DNA of 64,000 nt from Moniliella sp. 'wahieum' (GCA_003971905.1 RSEE01000014.1:620001-684000), one strand, 5' to 3'. Positions 45,250 through 57,700 are shown, counted from the first letter of the stretch. The notes: generated by a model not told the origin, from the sequence alone. Numbers and translations: made by a program.

Positions 45250-46230
45250 CATGGGGTATAGGTGTTGGTGGGGTGCGTGGGAAACCCGTGGCGTATACTG
45301 TTCCTAGACGAATGATGACGAGGAGACCACCGTGCCTACGGCACGGTCGGCTGGGGCTTCGCCCCAGCTTGGTGCTTGCTCGCCACCTTAGCCACCGTTC
45401 CCCCGGTCCCCCCGTTCCATCCCGTCGCCACCGTAGCCACCGTTCCACGCTGGAGCCCTTCCACGCTGGAGAGAGCAAATAATATGACCGATACTCTGGC
45501 TGCGGGTGGCTGGAGGAAGTGGCGGTCGGCACGTGCCTATGACGTAAAAGATGGCACGGCGTTTCGTCCTTAATATAATCTCCCAGGCCAAGTTTGGTGC
45601 GTTGCATGACGCAGTGCGGGAGCCCATCTCCAGCTCCTACGCTCCATCCCCGACACCCATGTCCGCAACGAACCTATGGTGGAGGACGAGGATGGGAGGA
45701 GACAGAGGACGCAGCGCACCGACTACCGCGTGATGGGGCCTGGAGCACTCGGAGGATCAGGAATGGAGGTAGACCACACGCTGCGCGACACGGGATCACT
45801 GGCGGCGCACTGGAGCGCGTTCCGGAGGGTGGTGCATGAGAGCACCGCAACCCCCTTGGAACGCCGGGAGAAGGAGCTGCTTCGGATGCTTGAACAAGCA
45901 GAATGCGACAAGAACGCCAAGTACCTGGGACGCACTCAAGAGCCGTTTTTCCCCCTGGTTTTGACGACGCGAGGATACTACGGCACCAAGACGGCGGGCA
46001 AGTTGTTTGCGCATTGGAAGGAGTTGGCTACTAAGTCTCAGTGGAAATGGTTCCTCGCTCGGATGTCAACCACGTTCCTCCGTGTCCCACTCGCTTCCTA
46101 GGGTACGGGACCGGATGGCGAGAGCCGGAGGGTCCTGATATCCTGGCGATCCCCCTGTGGTTCCTTGACCTTAGTGGCGCCCCCAAGTAACTAGTAACCC
46201 CCGCAAGATGAACGGTTAGGTTTAGACGTA
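45250..46230 (+). mobile_element. Putative ~1 kb endonuclease-only element related to RLE-bearing non-LTR retrotransposons, with hairpin-rich flanks
   Basis: RLE-like ORF 45484-46101 between stem-loops at 45276-45368 and 46107-46136; boundaries inferred, no TSD identified. Confidence 0.5.
45484..46101 (+). CDS. Stand-alone restriction-like (PD-(D/E)XK) endonuclease of CRE/R2-type retroelements (two apparent indels)
   Basis: Stitched translation: MTDTLAAGG...KFGALHDAVRE...HVRNEPMV...QRTDYRV...MEVDHT...AECDKNAKY...FFPLVLTTRGYYG...; matches the RLE motif order (R)HD/N, EP, RxD, D/E, KxxKY, FxPxV..G..G. Confidence 0.7.
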
Positions 46231-46461
46231 GCGTTCCCCTGTCCCAGCCTTAAGCTTTGTCAATGAAATGGACGTGATCTAGGGATAATGATGTCTTCAC
46301 CCAAAAAATCATTTCTGTTCGCATGCTGGCGCCGCGTGACTTACGGGCCCGACACAGCCAGCCTACGTTCCACGATGGGGATATCTGAATGACTACAGCT
46401 CTCGAACTTCTCTGACAAACCCTTTTTGGACGATCGGAGCACACAAACAAAAGCATTGCGA

Positions 46462-49400
46462 TTACAAGTCCACAAGCAACTCCATATCGGCATCCCCATC
46501 GGCATCTTCGGTCTGGGCATTCAGCGCAGGGTCAATTGGGGGGACAGGCTGAACAGTGTCACTGGCGTCAGTGCCCGATCCAACCACACCGTTGGGCTCT
46601 TCAATGGTAGCAGCCCCGCCCTCAACCCCGACAGTTTGGGCAGCGTCTGAGTCTGAGACCGCCACCTCCACAACCTGCTGGTTGTCATCGAGAGTTGAGC
46701 GTGTCGTCCCTGTATCTCCCATTCTGTTGTTCCACCGCATCAGGCTCAGCGTCCTTCTCAATCGGAATATGCACGTTGTCCGGCTCAGTCGCAACCAGCT
46801 CTGCGTCAGAATCGGTCACGGCCGGCTCGGCGCTGGTATGGTTCGCGACAGACTCGGCATCTGTATCAGTCGCAACCGGCTGGTCGCCTTGTTTGACAGC
46901 AATCGGCTCGTCGCCTTGTTTGACAGCAATCGGCTCGTCGCCTTGTTTGACAGCAATCGGTTCGTCGCCTTGTTCGATAGTAACCAGCTCATGGCCTTGT
47001 TCGATAGGAACCGGCTTGTCGCCTTTTTGGGCAGCAACCGGCTCCTCACCTTCGACGGTAGCAACGGGCTCATCACCTTTTCCCATGGCAATGGGCTCGT
47101 CACCTTTTTCGGTAGCAACCGGCTCGTCACCTTTTACGGTAGCAACCAGCTCGTCACCTTTCACGACAGCAACCGGCTCGTTACCTTTCTCGATAACAAC
47201 GGGCTCGTCGCCGTTTTCGATAGCAACCGAATCGTCACCTTTCACGACAGCAACCGGCTCGTCACTTTTCTCGATAGTAACCGGCTCGTCATCTTTTTGG
47301 GTAGCAACCTCATCGTCACCTTTCTCGACAGCAATCGGTTCGTTGCCTTTCTCAATAGCAACCAGCTCTTCGCCCTCTTGGGTAGCAACCGGCTCGGCAT
47401 CTGCAGCCTTCTCGGCCTCCGCTGCGATAGGCTCAACGTCCTTGTCGACCGCACCGTGCTCTGCCATCTTCTCGTCGGGCACCGGTGGCTCTTCGTCTTG
47501 CTCGGCCGCCAGAGACACCTGCTTGGTCTCGGCCACAACAGATTCCTCAGTGGGCTCTGCCAGGTCCCGATCAACTGTCGTGGACGGGACAAGCGGATCG
47601 ACAGCCAAGGTGGTTGCCTCGTGGGTTTCAATTTCTTCCGCCACGGAGAGGGAAGTGCTTGGACCCTGAGCCACAGCCGATTCTCCTTCCAGCGCCTTGT
47701 CTGACCCAAGGGGGACCAGACCTGGGTGCAGAGGACTGGAGGTGTGGTCCATCTCCGTCGCCGGCGGATCGGGAGCAGCGGAGACTGAGCGGTCACCCGC
47801 CATCTCGGAGAGTTCGGGAGCATCAAAGACGTTCGTGGTGAATTCGATCGGGTCGGCATCAGAATGGGAGAATGCAGAGGGTTGACCGCTGGGAAAGGCA
47901 GATGTCTCGGAAGATTCGGGAACGGGGGAAAGAGGATAGCCACGCGCGGGCCAGGAAGTGGCGTCGGTCTGTGGCGGACAGAGGCCTGTGGCCAGGCCCA
48001 CCTTGTAAAAGAAGGCCCTGAGACTCAGTAATAGTTCGGGCGACAGGTCGGGCTTGATCAGTAGGTCAACCGCTGTGGGGTAGAACAAAGATGCGTAGTA
48101 AGTGAACGCGTGTCCTTCCTCTTTGATGCCTTTCCGCTCGCTTGGGACCGGAACCTTGTCGTTCATTGCCGCCAGTCCCAGGAAAATGTCGGTCACGACG
48201 GGCATCCAAGAGGCCATGTTACGCGACTGGGTTGCCGGATCAAGCAAAACGAAGTGCGAGGCAATCGATTGACCCAACGGGATGAAGCGCTCGAGTACTC
48301 GCGCTTGCGATGATACGTGCTCATCCCTTTCGTCCAGCAACATTCGCAACAAGAGGGACACCAACGTCGAGGCCGCCGTACTCTCTTGGCGAAGCAAATT
48401 AGGGAGTTGTCTCATGAATCCGAGTCTCCAAAGCGTCACACGAAGATCCTTGTCGCTGTTAAATCGCTTGGCGAAAGAATAACTCTCTTGCAGTGCCTCG
48501 AGCACTCGCAAGAGCTGGTCTGCTGGTATGCTGGTGTAAAAGTCGGCGTGCTGCAGTAGCTCTTGCAGTGTTTCAATCAAGAGTAGCTGCAAAACAGCGC
48601 ATGATGATTGCTTGAATACTTTGCGGCGCTCGGATGTCGTCAGAGGCTGGCTAATCTCCCCCGTCTGCTCTAGCCTGCGGGGAAGAGATGTAAGTTCCTC
48701 TTCCGCTGGTGAGGGAGAGCTTGTTGGTGGCGGGGCGATTAGCATCGGATCAAAGAGCTCTGATGGGGTGGTAGTGGCAAACAAGCGGATCACAGCATCG
48801 ACGATAAGGTTCCACTCGCTTTTGGTGAAGTGGACCACATTCTTCTCCAATAACAGCTGCAGGCTGCTTGTCCCGATTCGAGCTAGAGTATCATTCTCTT
48901 GACTGATGCACGACTCCAGAAGATCGAGGAGGGCGGGTAAATGGCGCTGGAGAGTAATAAAGTGACTGGTCCATAGTTCAATCAAGTTGCGAAGGGCTTG
49001 AACCATTGTTGTATTGAGCCAGACCGTGGGATCCTCTTGCAACGGCACCTGTTCACCACGGATCAGGCCAAACATGGCAAACAAGATGTCGTGCACTGTT
49101 GCATCCCAAAATGTAGACGTAAACTCGGGTGAGTACAGGGAGATAAGTTCAAAGAGTGAATCGAGAGCGACGCGACGGACCTCGAGGTCCACCGCGCTCA
49201 GTATCACTTCCAACAAAGAGTTGAACACAGGGAACCAGTAAGTGGCCTGGGCGTCCGGGCCGGTCAGGGCCGCCAACGCTTCGTCCCCCTCGTCCGCTGC
49301 TTCCGCGAGAGACGAGAGCGACGGTATCATGGATCGCAACAGTCCCACCGCTTGAAGTGAGACACGTTGAGATGGCGACTGGGCAAAGGTGGCGAGACAG

Positions 49401-52400
49401 GTGGTTAGGTCGGTGTAGCTGACTTGGACGACAGCAGCCAATTGATCGTCAAACAAGAGTTGGACCACATCGAACGCTTGCTGGGCGACCTTGTCTGTTG
49501 GTTTAAACTCAAGTGTCAGTCTTTCTATCCATTAGAGGCAGAACGGTCAAGATACGTACCCGAAGAGTCAGCAGCGGCGGCGGAAAGGATAGTAAAGATC
49601 GATGTCCAACCAGAGCGGATGTGATCCGAGCGAGCCTGAACCATTTGGACCAAGCAGTCGATAATCATCTCCCGTGTCTCGATCTCAGGAGAATGACGCA
49701 TAGCGTAGGCAAAGGGGCGAAGGAAGTCTTTTTGGAAAGCAAAGCCAGGAAGCTCTTCCTTCTCGAGGAACTTGGTAGCCAGTTGACGGAGAGAATCGAC
49801 GGCAAAATTGCTAATGGCAAGCTGGTTGGTGACGAGCACATTGTTGAAGTGTTCACCCAGGATGGCCCAAATCTGGGACCACTCCATGCGGATACGACCC
49901 ATGTTGTAGTATGATATCTCCACCAGCTTTTGCAGAGAGAAGAGCCGTGGGGATTCTGTCATCCCGCTCGATTGGATCTCTTCCCACGATACAGCACACA
50001 GGGCCTCGACAAAGTCCACGATCGCTGTGCCGGAAAGCCGGGGCGTTTGACTAAATACCTTGTCGGCTGCCACGGTCACCTCAGTGCTAGCACCGGCCTG
50101 GACCACATCCACCGCAGGAAGACGGGAAGGTTTGCTGCGCAGGTCCATATTGCTGCTGCTGAAGAGCGCCGCCAGTGCATGAGTATTGCTAAGCGGGTAG
50201 TTCTTGGAGGGCGATCGATTGGGCAAGCGCCGACCCAGGTCAGGAAGGTGGCTTTCATTCACTCCACCACTTATGAGCTGAAAACGTTCCAGTTGTGATA
50301 CGCCGGTCAGCACTTCTCTCCACGATGACTTGAGATAGTTTCCTTCCGTTAGAGCGATGCCAAGCAGGCATTTGATTGCCTCAATGTGCTTCGGCTGCAT
50401 CTCCGCCAAGTGTTGAGGAAGGTGAACTTGGCCAGGGTGGTAACAAAGGCGTTGCGTTCGAGCTCCAGATCAAAAAGGCACGATGTGTGAATAGCGTCCT
50501 TGAAGGCAGTAAGGCAGAGATGAACAATGACCAAATCACTTGTTTCCTGCATCGGGCCAGAGAGTCCAGCCAGGATCGGCATCCAAGCCACCTCGAACAT
50601 GGGCTTAACGTGATCCATGTGCGTTGCGGAGAAGAAGCGCTCCACTGCCGCGCGTTGCTCGGGGCCAACCCTGCGCCGGGCCCGTACCATGGAACGAAAG
50701 AGTGCCTCGGTCTTGGTGGCCATACCCTCCGATTGAGCTTCGTACGCCGCGCGCTGGGGTCCCGTCCCACCCCCGCGATGAACCCTGCAATGGCTGGTGC
50801 AGGGGATGGAGGCGCCACTTCGTCCCGCATCTTGATCTCGTTGGCGACAATGCTCTCGTAGACCTCGCGCTGGTAGTCTTCCGGGAGAGATTGGCCATCA
50901 TCAATGCCTTTATTGTTACGGATGAAATCTTGCAGCGACATGCGCTGCTTCACTTGGGGATTGTGGGCATCCGTGTTGAGGAGGATGATGGAATAAGCAA
51001 AGACATAGGCGGTGTCGGCGGTAGCAAAGACGCCCGGGTTGCCGAGCACGTAGCGCTCGGCAAATTTGAGCATGAACCGGTCGATCATTTGCGCCTCGCC
51101 GGGCAGACGGAATGTTTGGAGGTAACGGCGCAATGCCGTCAAAAAGTGGAAGTCTTTGAAGTTCATCAGGTCTACAAAAGCATGCATGGTGGCAATGTGA
51201 CTGGGATCACCCGAGCCAAGGTATTCGCCAATCCGGGCCTTGTTGAGTCCATCAGCATACAATAGGAACCGGGCGATGTCCTTGGGCTCGGCCGAGGGAA
51301 TAAACCGATTCTGGACCAGGAAAGCGATACCCCGTTTGGGTTTCTCGTTAAACATGCGGATTCCCTCCAGTAGCATTGTCTTCCGCGCTTTGGCTGACTC
51401 GAACCGGGACGGATCATCCTCCTGCTGAAGGGGATCGGGCGCGGGATAAGTGGAGAGGAAACCGCACTTGCCTCTACTGGGCTTTCCGGCTTTACTGCTG
51501 AATCGAGGCTGGCCCTCGGGGAAGAGGCAGACTCCTCCTCAATTGTGCTTCGGCTGGCCCATTGGACCAGGGAGTGGAGCACAGCAACCAAGCATTCGAG
51601 ACTTTGACGTTTGAGGTGGGCTTCGATCGGCATACTGACTTCCTCCGCCGTGTCCGTGTGGTGAGGCTGCAGACCAAGCGCTGCCAAGCCTGGTTCATCA
51701 CCCTTTTGGAGCGCCAACAAGGGAAGGGGCTCGGGAGGACCCAGCGACGTTCCTAGCTGGGTCTGACTGATCTTGGACACGATGTTGACCAAGCGCTCGT
51801 ACACATTCTCCAATGCGGCCCGGTCACAGTCGTAGTTGATGTACACCTCCACCAATGCCTGGGGATTTTGACACAGGCGGAGTAACACCGAAAGCAAGAT
51901 GGACTTTTGCGTTGCCGTGGATGTACGCATCTCGAGGATTGGCAGGAAAATTTCGTTGAAAAGGACCTCGAGCTCTTTCTGGAAGCGATGGAAGTAGGTC
52001 AGTCGATGCATAGAGAATCTCTAAACGACGCTCGGTGTAGGGAACGTACTTTGACAAAGGGGCGCAGACCTTCAAGTGTCAACCAAAAGATCTCAACCGC
52101 CAGTTGGAAGACTTGATTGACCGAACTAACCGCGTTGCGGCTGAGCGACAAGAAGATGTATTGTTTGACGGCATGGATGAAAGACGAATACTCTTCGTTC
52201 GTGTGCGAGCGGATCTTCACACTCGGACTGGCAAAGATCGCCATATGGTGTTTGAGGATGACATAAATCAAATGAAGTGATAAGATCTTGCTTCGCACCC
52301 CCTGGCTTTTGCTGTCGCGCTCGTCATCAGCACTTAAAGACTTCATGGAAAGTTTGCACAGCGTGCGCAACACAAGGAAAGCGTCCTTAATGTAAAGCTC

Positions 52401-54069
52401 TTGTAGGTCGATTCCAGCGCCAACCATAGAGGCTGGATCTCGCTACCAGCTTGAAAAGACTTGCGCGCCTCGAGAGCTTGAATCGTCGATGGTTCGTCAC
52501 CACTATCGGGCGCGAGGGTGGCACGAGATGCAGCTGGAGACAAGGAAGTTAAGGTGGGCCGCGGAGACGGAGGGGCTGTGGAGGTCGACGGCCCCGGAGA
52601 AATGCGGGAGAAGACATGGTGCACCATCTGAGTCAGGCTGGCTTGGGCCACCGCCTGGTTAGCCGTGATACGCGATGAGAGAAAAATGTTGTAGACGGTG
52701 CGAATGGCCTTGAGAAGGCCGCTTTGATGGATATGGCTCGTGCCACTGACCACCATCATGAGAAGGGCCTTGATAATCTGAAGCTCGGTCTGTGCATCCG
52801 ACGATTCGGTAAATGCGTCACACACCGTGTTCGTCACAATGTCCGCCAGGGATATCGGCGCCGACTGGCCGGCTGAAGCGTGGCGAACGGATCAGGTTCA
52901 GCAAAAAAGTCAAAAGAGATGAGCTTGCCAATACAGTCGATGGAAGCCGGGACAAGAACATGGCTGCCAGTCAAACAAGCAAGCCGAAGAGCTCTAAAAT
53001 AACTCGCGGATCAAGCTTCGTATTGGGAAATGCTGAAGCTGGGGAGTCATTGGTAGAAGTTGGGCAGAAGAGCCGGTGGGGGCAGCCGAATTGGCCTTCT
53101 GAGCCATAACCAATGCGTCATCAGAAGCTTTCTTGAGCTCTTCGTTCTTGCGTGCCTCCTTGCTCTTGTTGATTGTCTCCAGAGCTGTTACGACAAAGAC
53201 CAATGATCCACGGCTAAGGTTGGCATGTGACGGAGGGGCAGCGATGCTGACGGTAGATGTTGTCGAAACTGACTGAGAAAGGCCAGGGACACCATTAGAG
53301 GGAGGATGGCTTTCACCTGTAGTTTGACCGTTCGCTCCGCTGGCAGTAGGGGGCGGGAGATTTGCTTGTCAGCAGCCACATCCTTGCTTGCCTCCACTGG
53401 AACAACAGGGCCTTGGCCTCATGCACGACAACCTGTGGGGAGCACCTGGCACTTTGTTGGGCATATCGTCTGCCGCCTTTTCTTCACCAGGTTTGGTTGT
53501 CATTGAGATTGAATCGGGCGCTGGTGGTGCCTCAACAGGAGGTGCCTCGCTTTTCCCCACTTGCGTGTTGGCCGCTGGGGCGGAAGAGGAGGTACTTCAA
53601 CCGAAGGAGATGCGGGGCTTGAAATCAGCACCGTGGGGGTATCCCCTACCGGAGGGATTCCATCTTCCTTGCTTGGTTCGGGCCCTGGAGGAAGGTCATG
53701 TTCAGGCTCGCTCGAAGGAGGAGGCTCGATGGCAGGGTGTCCAAGGGGGCGGCGGGGGCCACGGTGGGGGCGGGTTCATCGGTCAAGTCCAACAGCGAGC
53801 CGGTGGTGGAGAGAGTCTGGCGCAGGTGTAGGAGCCGAGACGGGGACCAGATCAGGAGTGGTTTCCAGGCCAGATGCAGGCGCCGACGCAGAGGCAGGGG
53901 CGGGGACAGTGGGTGAGTCCAGCGCGGGGACGGGGCCGGAGGCGGCTGGGACGGAGTGGGATCGGCAGCCGGCTTGGCGGGAAGAGGGTGGCGTGGAGAC
54001 ACCGTCGGGACCAGGCGCAGGCGGCGGGTGGCCGTGCTCGGCGGCAGGCCCGGCGGTGGCGGAGTGCAT
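46462..54069 (-). CDS. SEC7: Sec7/BIG-family ARF guanine nucleotide exchange factor; introns 51979-52049 and 49495-49559
   Basis: DCB/HUS motifs (ELQIIKAL, LLKAIRTVYNIFL, KDAFLVLRTLCKLSMK, YINYDCD), Sec7 domain FRLPGEAQMIDRF and AYSIILLNTDAHNPQVK, HDS motifs (FSLQKLVEISYYNMGRIR, FQKDFLRPF, QENDTLARIG, QLPNLLRQE). Ends at 46685 in one frame or 46462 after a likely shift. Confidence 0.95.
46727..47401 (-). repeat. Coding minisatellite: 25 x 27 bp (nonapeptide GDEPVAxEK) in Sec7 C-terminus
   Basis: 675 bp = 25 in-register units from DAEPVATQE to DAEPDAVEQ, including GDEPIAVKQ x3. Confidence 0.93.
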
Positions 54070-54727
54070 GCGGGCAGGCGGGGGGCGCGGGGGGAGGTGG
54101 TGGTGGCAGCGCGCCGGCAGCTGGCTGGCCCAACCACCGGCCTGTCGCCAGCACAGCCGAGCGAGACGTGGAGCATGTCTCATGTCACCTCTTGGACACT
54201 TGCCGCCGCTTGGCTCCACGTCACGTGCCCGCTGCCGCTGCTGCCCCTCAAAAGCACCGCCTAACCCTAACGCCCACAGCCAGCCTGGCCGCTCACCCGC
54301 CCAACCGGAGCGCCACTGCCTCGCCTGCTGCCCCGCTCGCCTGCTGGCCTCGTCACCGGCACCCCAACTAAGCAGCCTACAGCAAAATGCTTTTCTACTC
54401 GACGCCACCTCCCTTCCTTCCTTGGCTCGGCTCAGCCCCGCCAGCTCATCCCCACCAGGGTTCAGTTCAACGTTCAACTCGTTCACGCCCAACAGGCGGA
54501 TGGATGTTGCCCAGCAACACCAACCCGACTACTGCACGAATGCAATCAATACTAGGATGCAAGTGGGGCAAGAGCAGGCCGGTCGCCAGAAACGAAATCA
54601 TGATACATCTGGGGCAAGAGAAACGGGCAGAAGGTGTGGGACGCAGCGCTAGTGAAACAAGCGAAACAGGGGCAACAGGGGCAAAGCAAGAACCGAGTCA
54701 TAGCACGTGTTGGGCAGCAGAGCATTA

Positions 54728-57700
54728 TTACTTCTTGTCGGGGGAAGAGGAGGTGGATGTTTGTTTCTGTCGGCCCTTGTCGACGGTCGAAGTGCGGTTG
54801 CGCTTGCGAATCACGTCCGACTTGAGCGACAGGGGTCGTACGACCCCATGCAATTTGTAGAACAGCCCACAGGCATTGCACAGCGGGTGCCCTTCGGGAG
54901 CGCGCCGCCATAGGGCGTCTTGGTCGTTGGCAGTTGGTACACGTCATTTGGTCCGCCCCTTCCTCCACGGCGGCTTTGCCTTTGCGCTCGGTGCGCGGCT
55001 TGGAACCCGGGGAGCACGGCGGTGCTTGGACACCACCGGCGCTGGCACCGGCGACGGCGTGGTCACCCCCGTGTTGGGCGTGCCAGGCTGAGACAACCCC
55101 CGCGCGGCCGAGTAGGCTGCTGACTCTTTCTCCCCTTCCGGCCAGATTCGCAACACTCAGCCTCGGGCTCCCATGAATAGAATCCGTCTCGTCGGGTTCA
55201 GCAAGCAATGTCCTCCCCACGCTTCCCCGGCCCAGAGTAGGAGTGATGTCCTTGGCACTGGGGTGATTGAGAAGGGAAGGATCGACCGTCCCCATCTCCG
55301 ACGGATCTGGGAGCGAATTCGACGAGGTCGTCTCAGCCGAGCCATGCTCTGGCGAAAGGAGAGAAAGCAGTGTCGAAGAGGAGTTGGCTTGCATTAACAC
55401 GCTCGTCAAGCTGGCCAGGTCCGGGACTGTGGCACCCTGTCCCGCGGATCGGCACACCAGAACGGGATCAGGGGTCCAGACGGCGTTGTCGCAGCCGTGT
55501 GGGCATCACTCGCTCCACTGCCACTAGGACTAGCGCGAGTGCTGGCACTGGTGGATTCCGTGCTAAACCCGCCGGTAGACGAGGCAGAAACGGGCATCGG
55601 TGGAAGCGGACCCGACTGGGTTGAGGTGGGCATAGCAACCGGCTGACTCACAGCGGTTGCGGAATAAGGGCGGCCAAAGCGATTGAGACCGGCGGCGATA
55701 CGCTGGTCAACAGTGGTGGGAAGATGCCGAAGGGGTCGAGCCGCCTTGTCGATGTGCGTTGTGGAGGCACTCAGGTCCTCGTCCAAATCCATATCGGCTC
55801 CGCGGGAACGCTTCCTTGTGCCGGACGCACGCGATTCCGAGGAGGGTTCGGTAAGACCGGGAGGGAAACATATTTCCCATAGCGTAACTCTGGGCACGCG
55901 CATGGTGTCCAGTCCCTACAACAGGAGATGTGACGGACTGTCTTGGCCAGACAGTGGCGTGTGTACCACAGAGGTTTGAGTAGGAGACGTGGCGGAGTAA
56001 AGACTGTGATCAAAACTAGTCTTTCGTACCAGACGCGGGAGAAAGTCCCAGTCAGGATCACGGTTGACCGGCGCCTCGGCAAAGTCATCTGGGTTGGCAC
56101 CAGGCACACTGGCCAACAGACGGGGGGGAGCACCGTATGCGACGGCTTCTCTTGATGCCGTCGATGAATCGCGGGGGTGGAACGAGGCAAAAGGCGCCAA
56201 GTTCTCAAACATACTTAGGTCCATCATCCCCATCTCTGTTGATGGGGTTTGTGCATTGTCATCCAAATGGAGGAGATTACCGGCAGTGCCTTGCCACGCA
56301 CCATCTCCATAAAAGGGGCTCCACCAGTGGGTGTAGTGGGGACGATAGGAGATGCAGTCGAGGTCCGGTGGGTTCGATCCCGGTCAGCGGAGATCGTATG
56401 TCGGCACGATTGACCTCCATCGCATCCTGACTACAGCTCGACGGAACTCGGCTCGAATGCGCTCTTGGCGTTTTCGGCGTTCCCATTCACCGTCAGATGA
56501 ATCGTCATCGTCATGTTCGTTGTCAAAACTGGACTCGGGCGCCTTAAAGCCTTCGTCAAACCCAGGGAATTGGCCAAAGGCAAGGGCAGTCGCCGCAGGA
56601 AGCGAAGCACTCATCATGTGGAGGTGCTGTGCGGGGTCGTGTCGTCGTTTCGCCGTAGTCTTTGTCGTGTCCAAGAGTGGCGGTGGAGTCCTTGACACCA
56701 CTGTACCAACGGCGACGAGAACGAGATCGTGCAAACCCGTCGACTGTACTGGTACAACGAGTGGACAGGGGTCCGATTGAGCGCGAACGGGAGCGGGTGG
56801 AGGACGCGTTGGCCCTGGGGAACAGACCAGTCTGATGATTGGGGCCCAGTGGGTCAGGGATGGGGGAAAGTGGGACGGGGGCGCTGGGCTTGCGGGCTTG
56901 TCTGACTCCGCATGCGACGAAGGCGGGGCCGGGGGGAAAGACAGTTCGGGCACGACGGGCTGGACCGGCGTCATGTGTGATGATGGCGCGAGCACGGGGG
57001 GAGTAACGCCCCGTGAGGAGCGGCGGCTGCGTCCGCGCGAGGGAGAACGGGACGTGTTGGAAGCACGCGCGGTTGAAGGAAAGGAAGTCATGTGCGACGT
57101 GGCTGGTGCTGACATAGGGGTGGCACCAGGCAGGTTGAAAGTGAATCCCTGCAGCCCAAGAGAGACGGTTGTGGCGTATCACGTTTGCGCAAGTTGAGGT
57201 TCATCAGCCGCCAGGTTAAATTCTAAAGGCAGCACGCCACCAAATTACAACAGTGAATTCGTCAGCGCTCCTGTCTAGCAGCGAAAGAGTAACACAGGGG
57301 GTATTCACTACACACCTCGATTCGCATGTTGTTGTCCGCCTCCAATGCCTTGGCCTGGATCATCCGGTAGATCGCCTGGGGAAGGGCTACGTTTCCTGGA
57401 CCGTCATCGGAGTTGCCAAACCGGCTGCAGCGACCAGGTCTGCCATTTCGCCTTGCTCGATGATGGTACGGAACGCAACCCAGTCAGGCTCACCTGTTGT
57501 TTTCGCCCCGGCCAACTTGGCAAGGGAGGCGAACCAGCCGTACAGGTCGGGGTCCTCCACCTCAGGCCTGGTTCCATTGGGCCCAAGTGGGGGTTGGCCA
57601 GAAGCCCGCCCAAGCCACCCGGGTAACGACAGGCTGCTGAGCGGGTTGGTCAACGGTGGGGGTGCGGTGGAGGCACTGGCTGAGCTGTGCACAGCCAGAG

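Noticed and set aside
45312..45318. ATGATGA as a C/D snoRNA box C or hammerhead core
   Set aside because: No box D CTGA within snoRNA distance and not the CUGANGA core
46727..47401. CRISPR-like array
   Set aside because: Contiguous coding tandem units with no unique spacers, in a eukaryotic gene, with no cas genes
46556..47704. Antisense ORFs (382 aa SNRLVALFD repeats, LRR-like; 324 aa Ser/Thr-rich)
   Set aside because: Stop-free shadows of the 27-bp Sec7 repeat; no ATG start, and period 9 does not fit LRRs
2245..54069. Functional clustering of a Drs2-like flippase with Sec7 (Golgi trafficking)
   Set aside because: More than 40 kb and a dozen unrelated genes apart; probably chance
56365..56392. 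gggttcgatccc resembling a tRNA T-loop
   Set aside because: No T-stem, acceptor stem or D-arm; lies inside areA coding sequence
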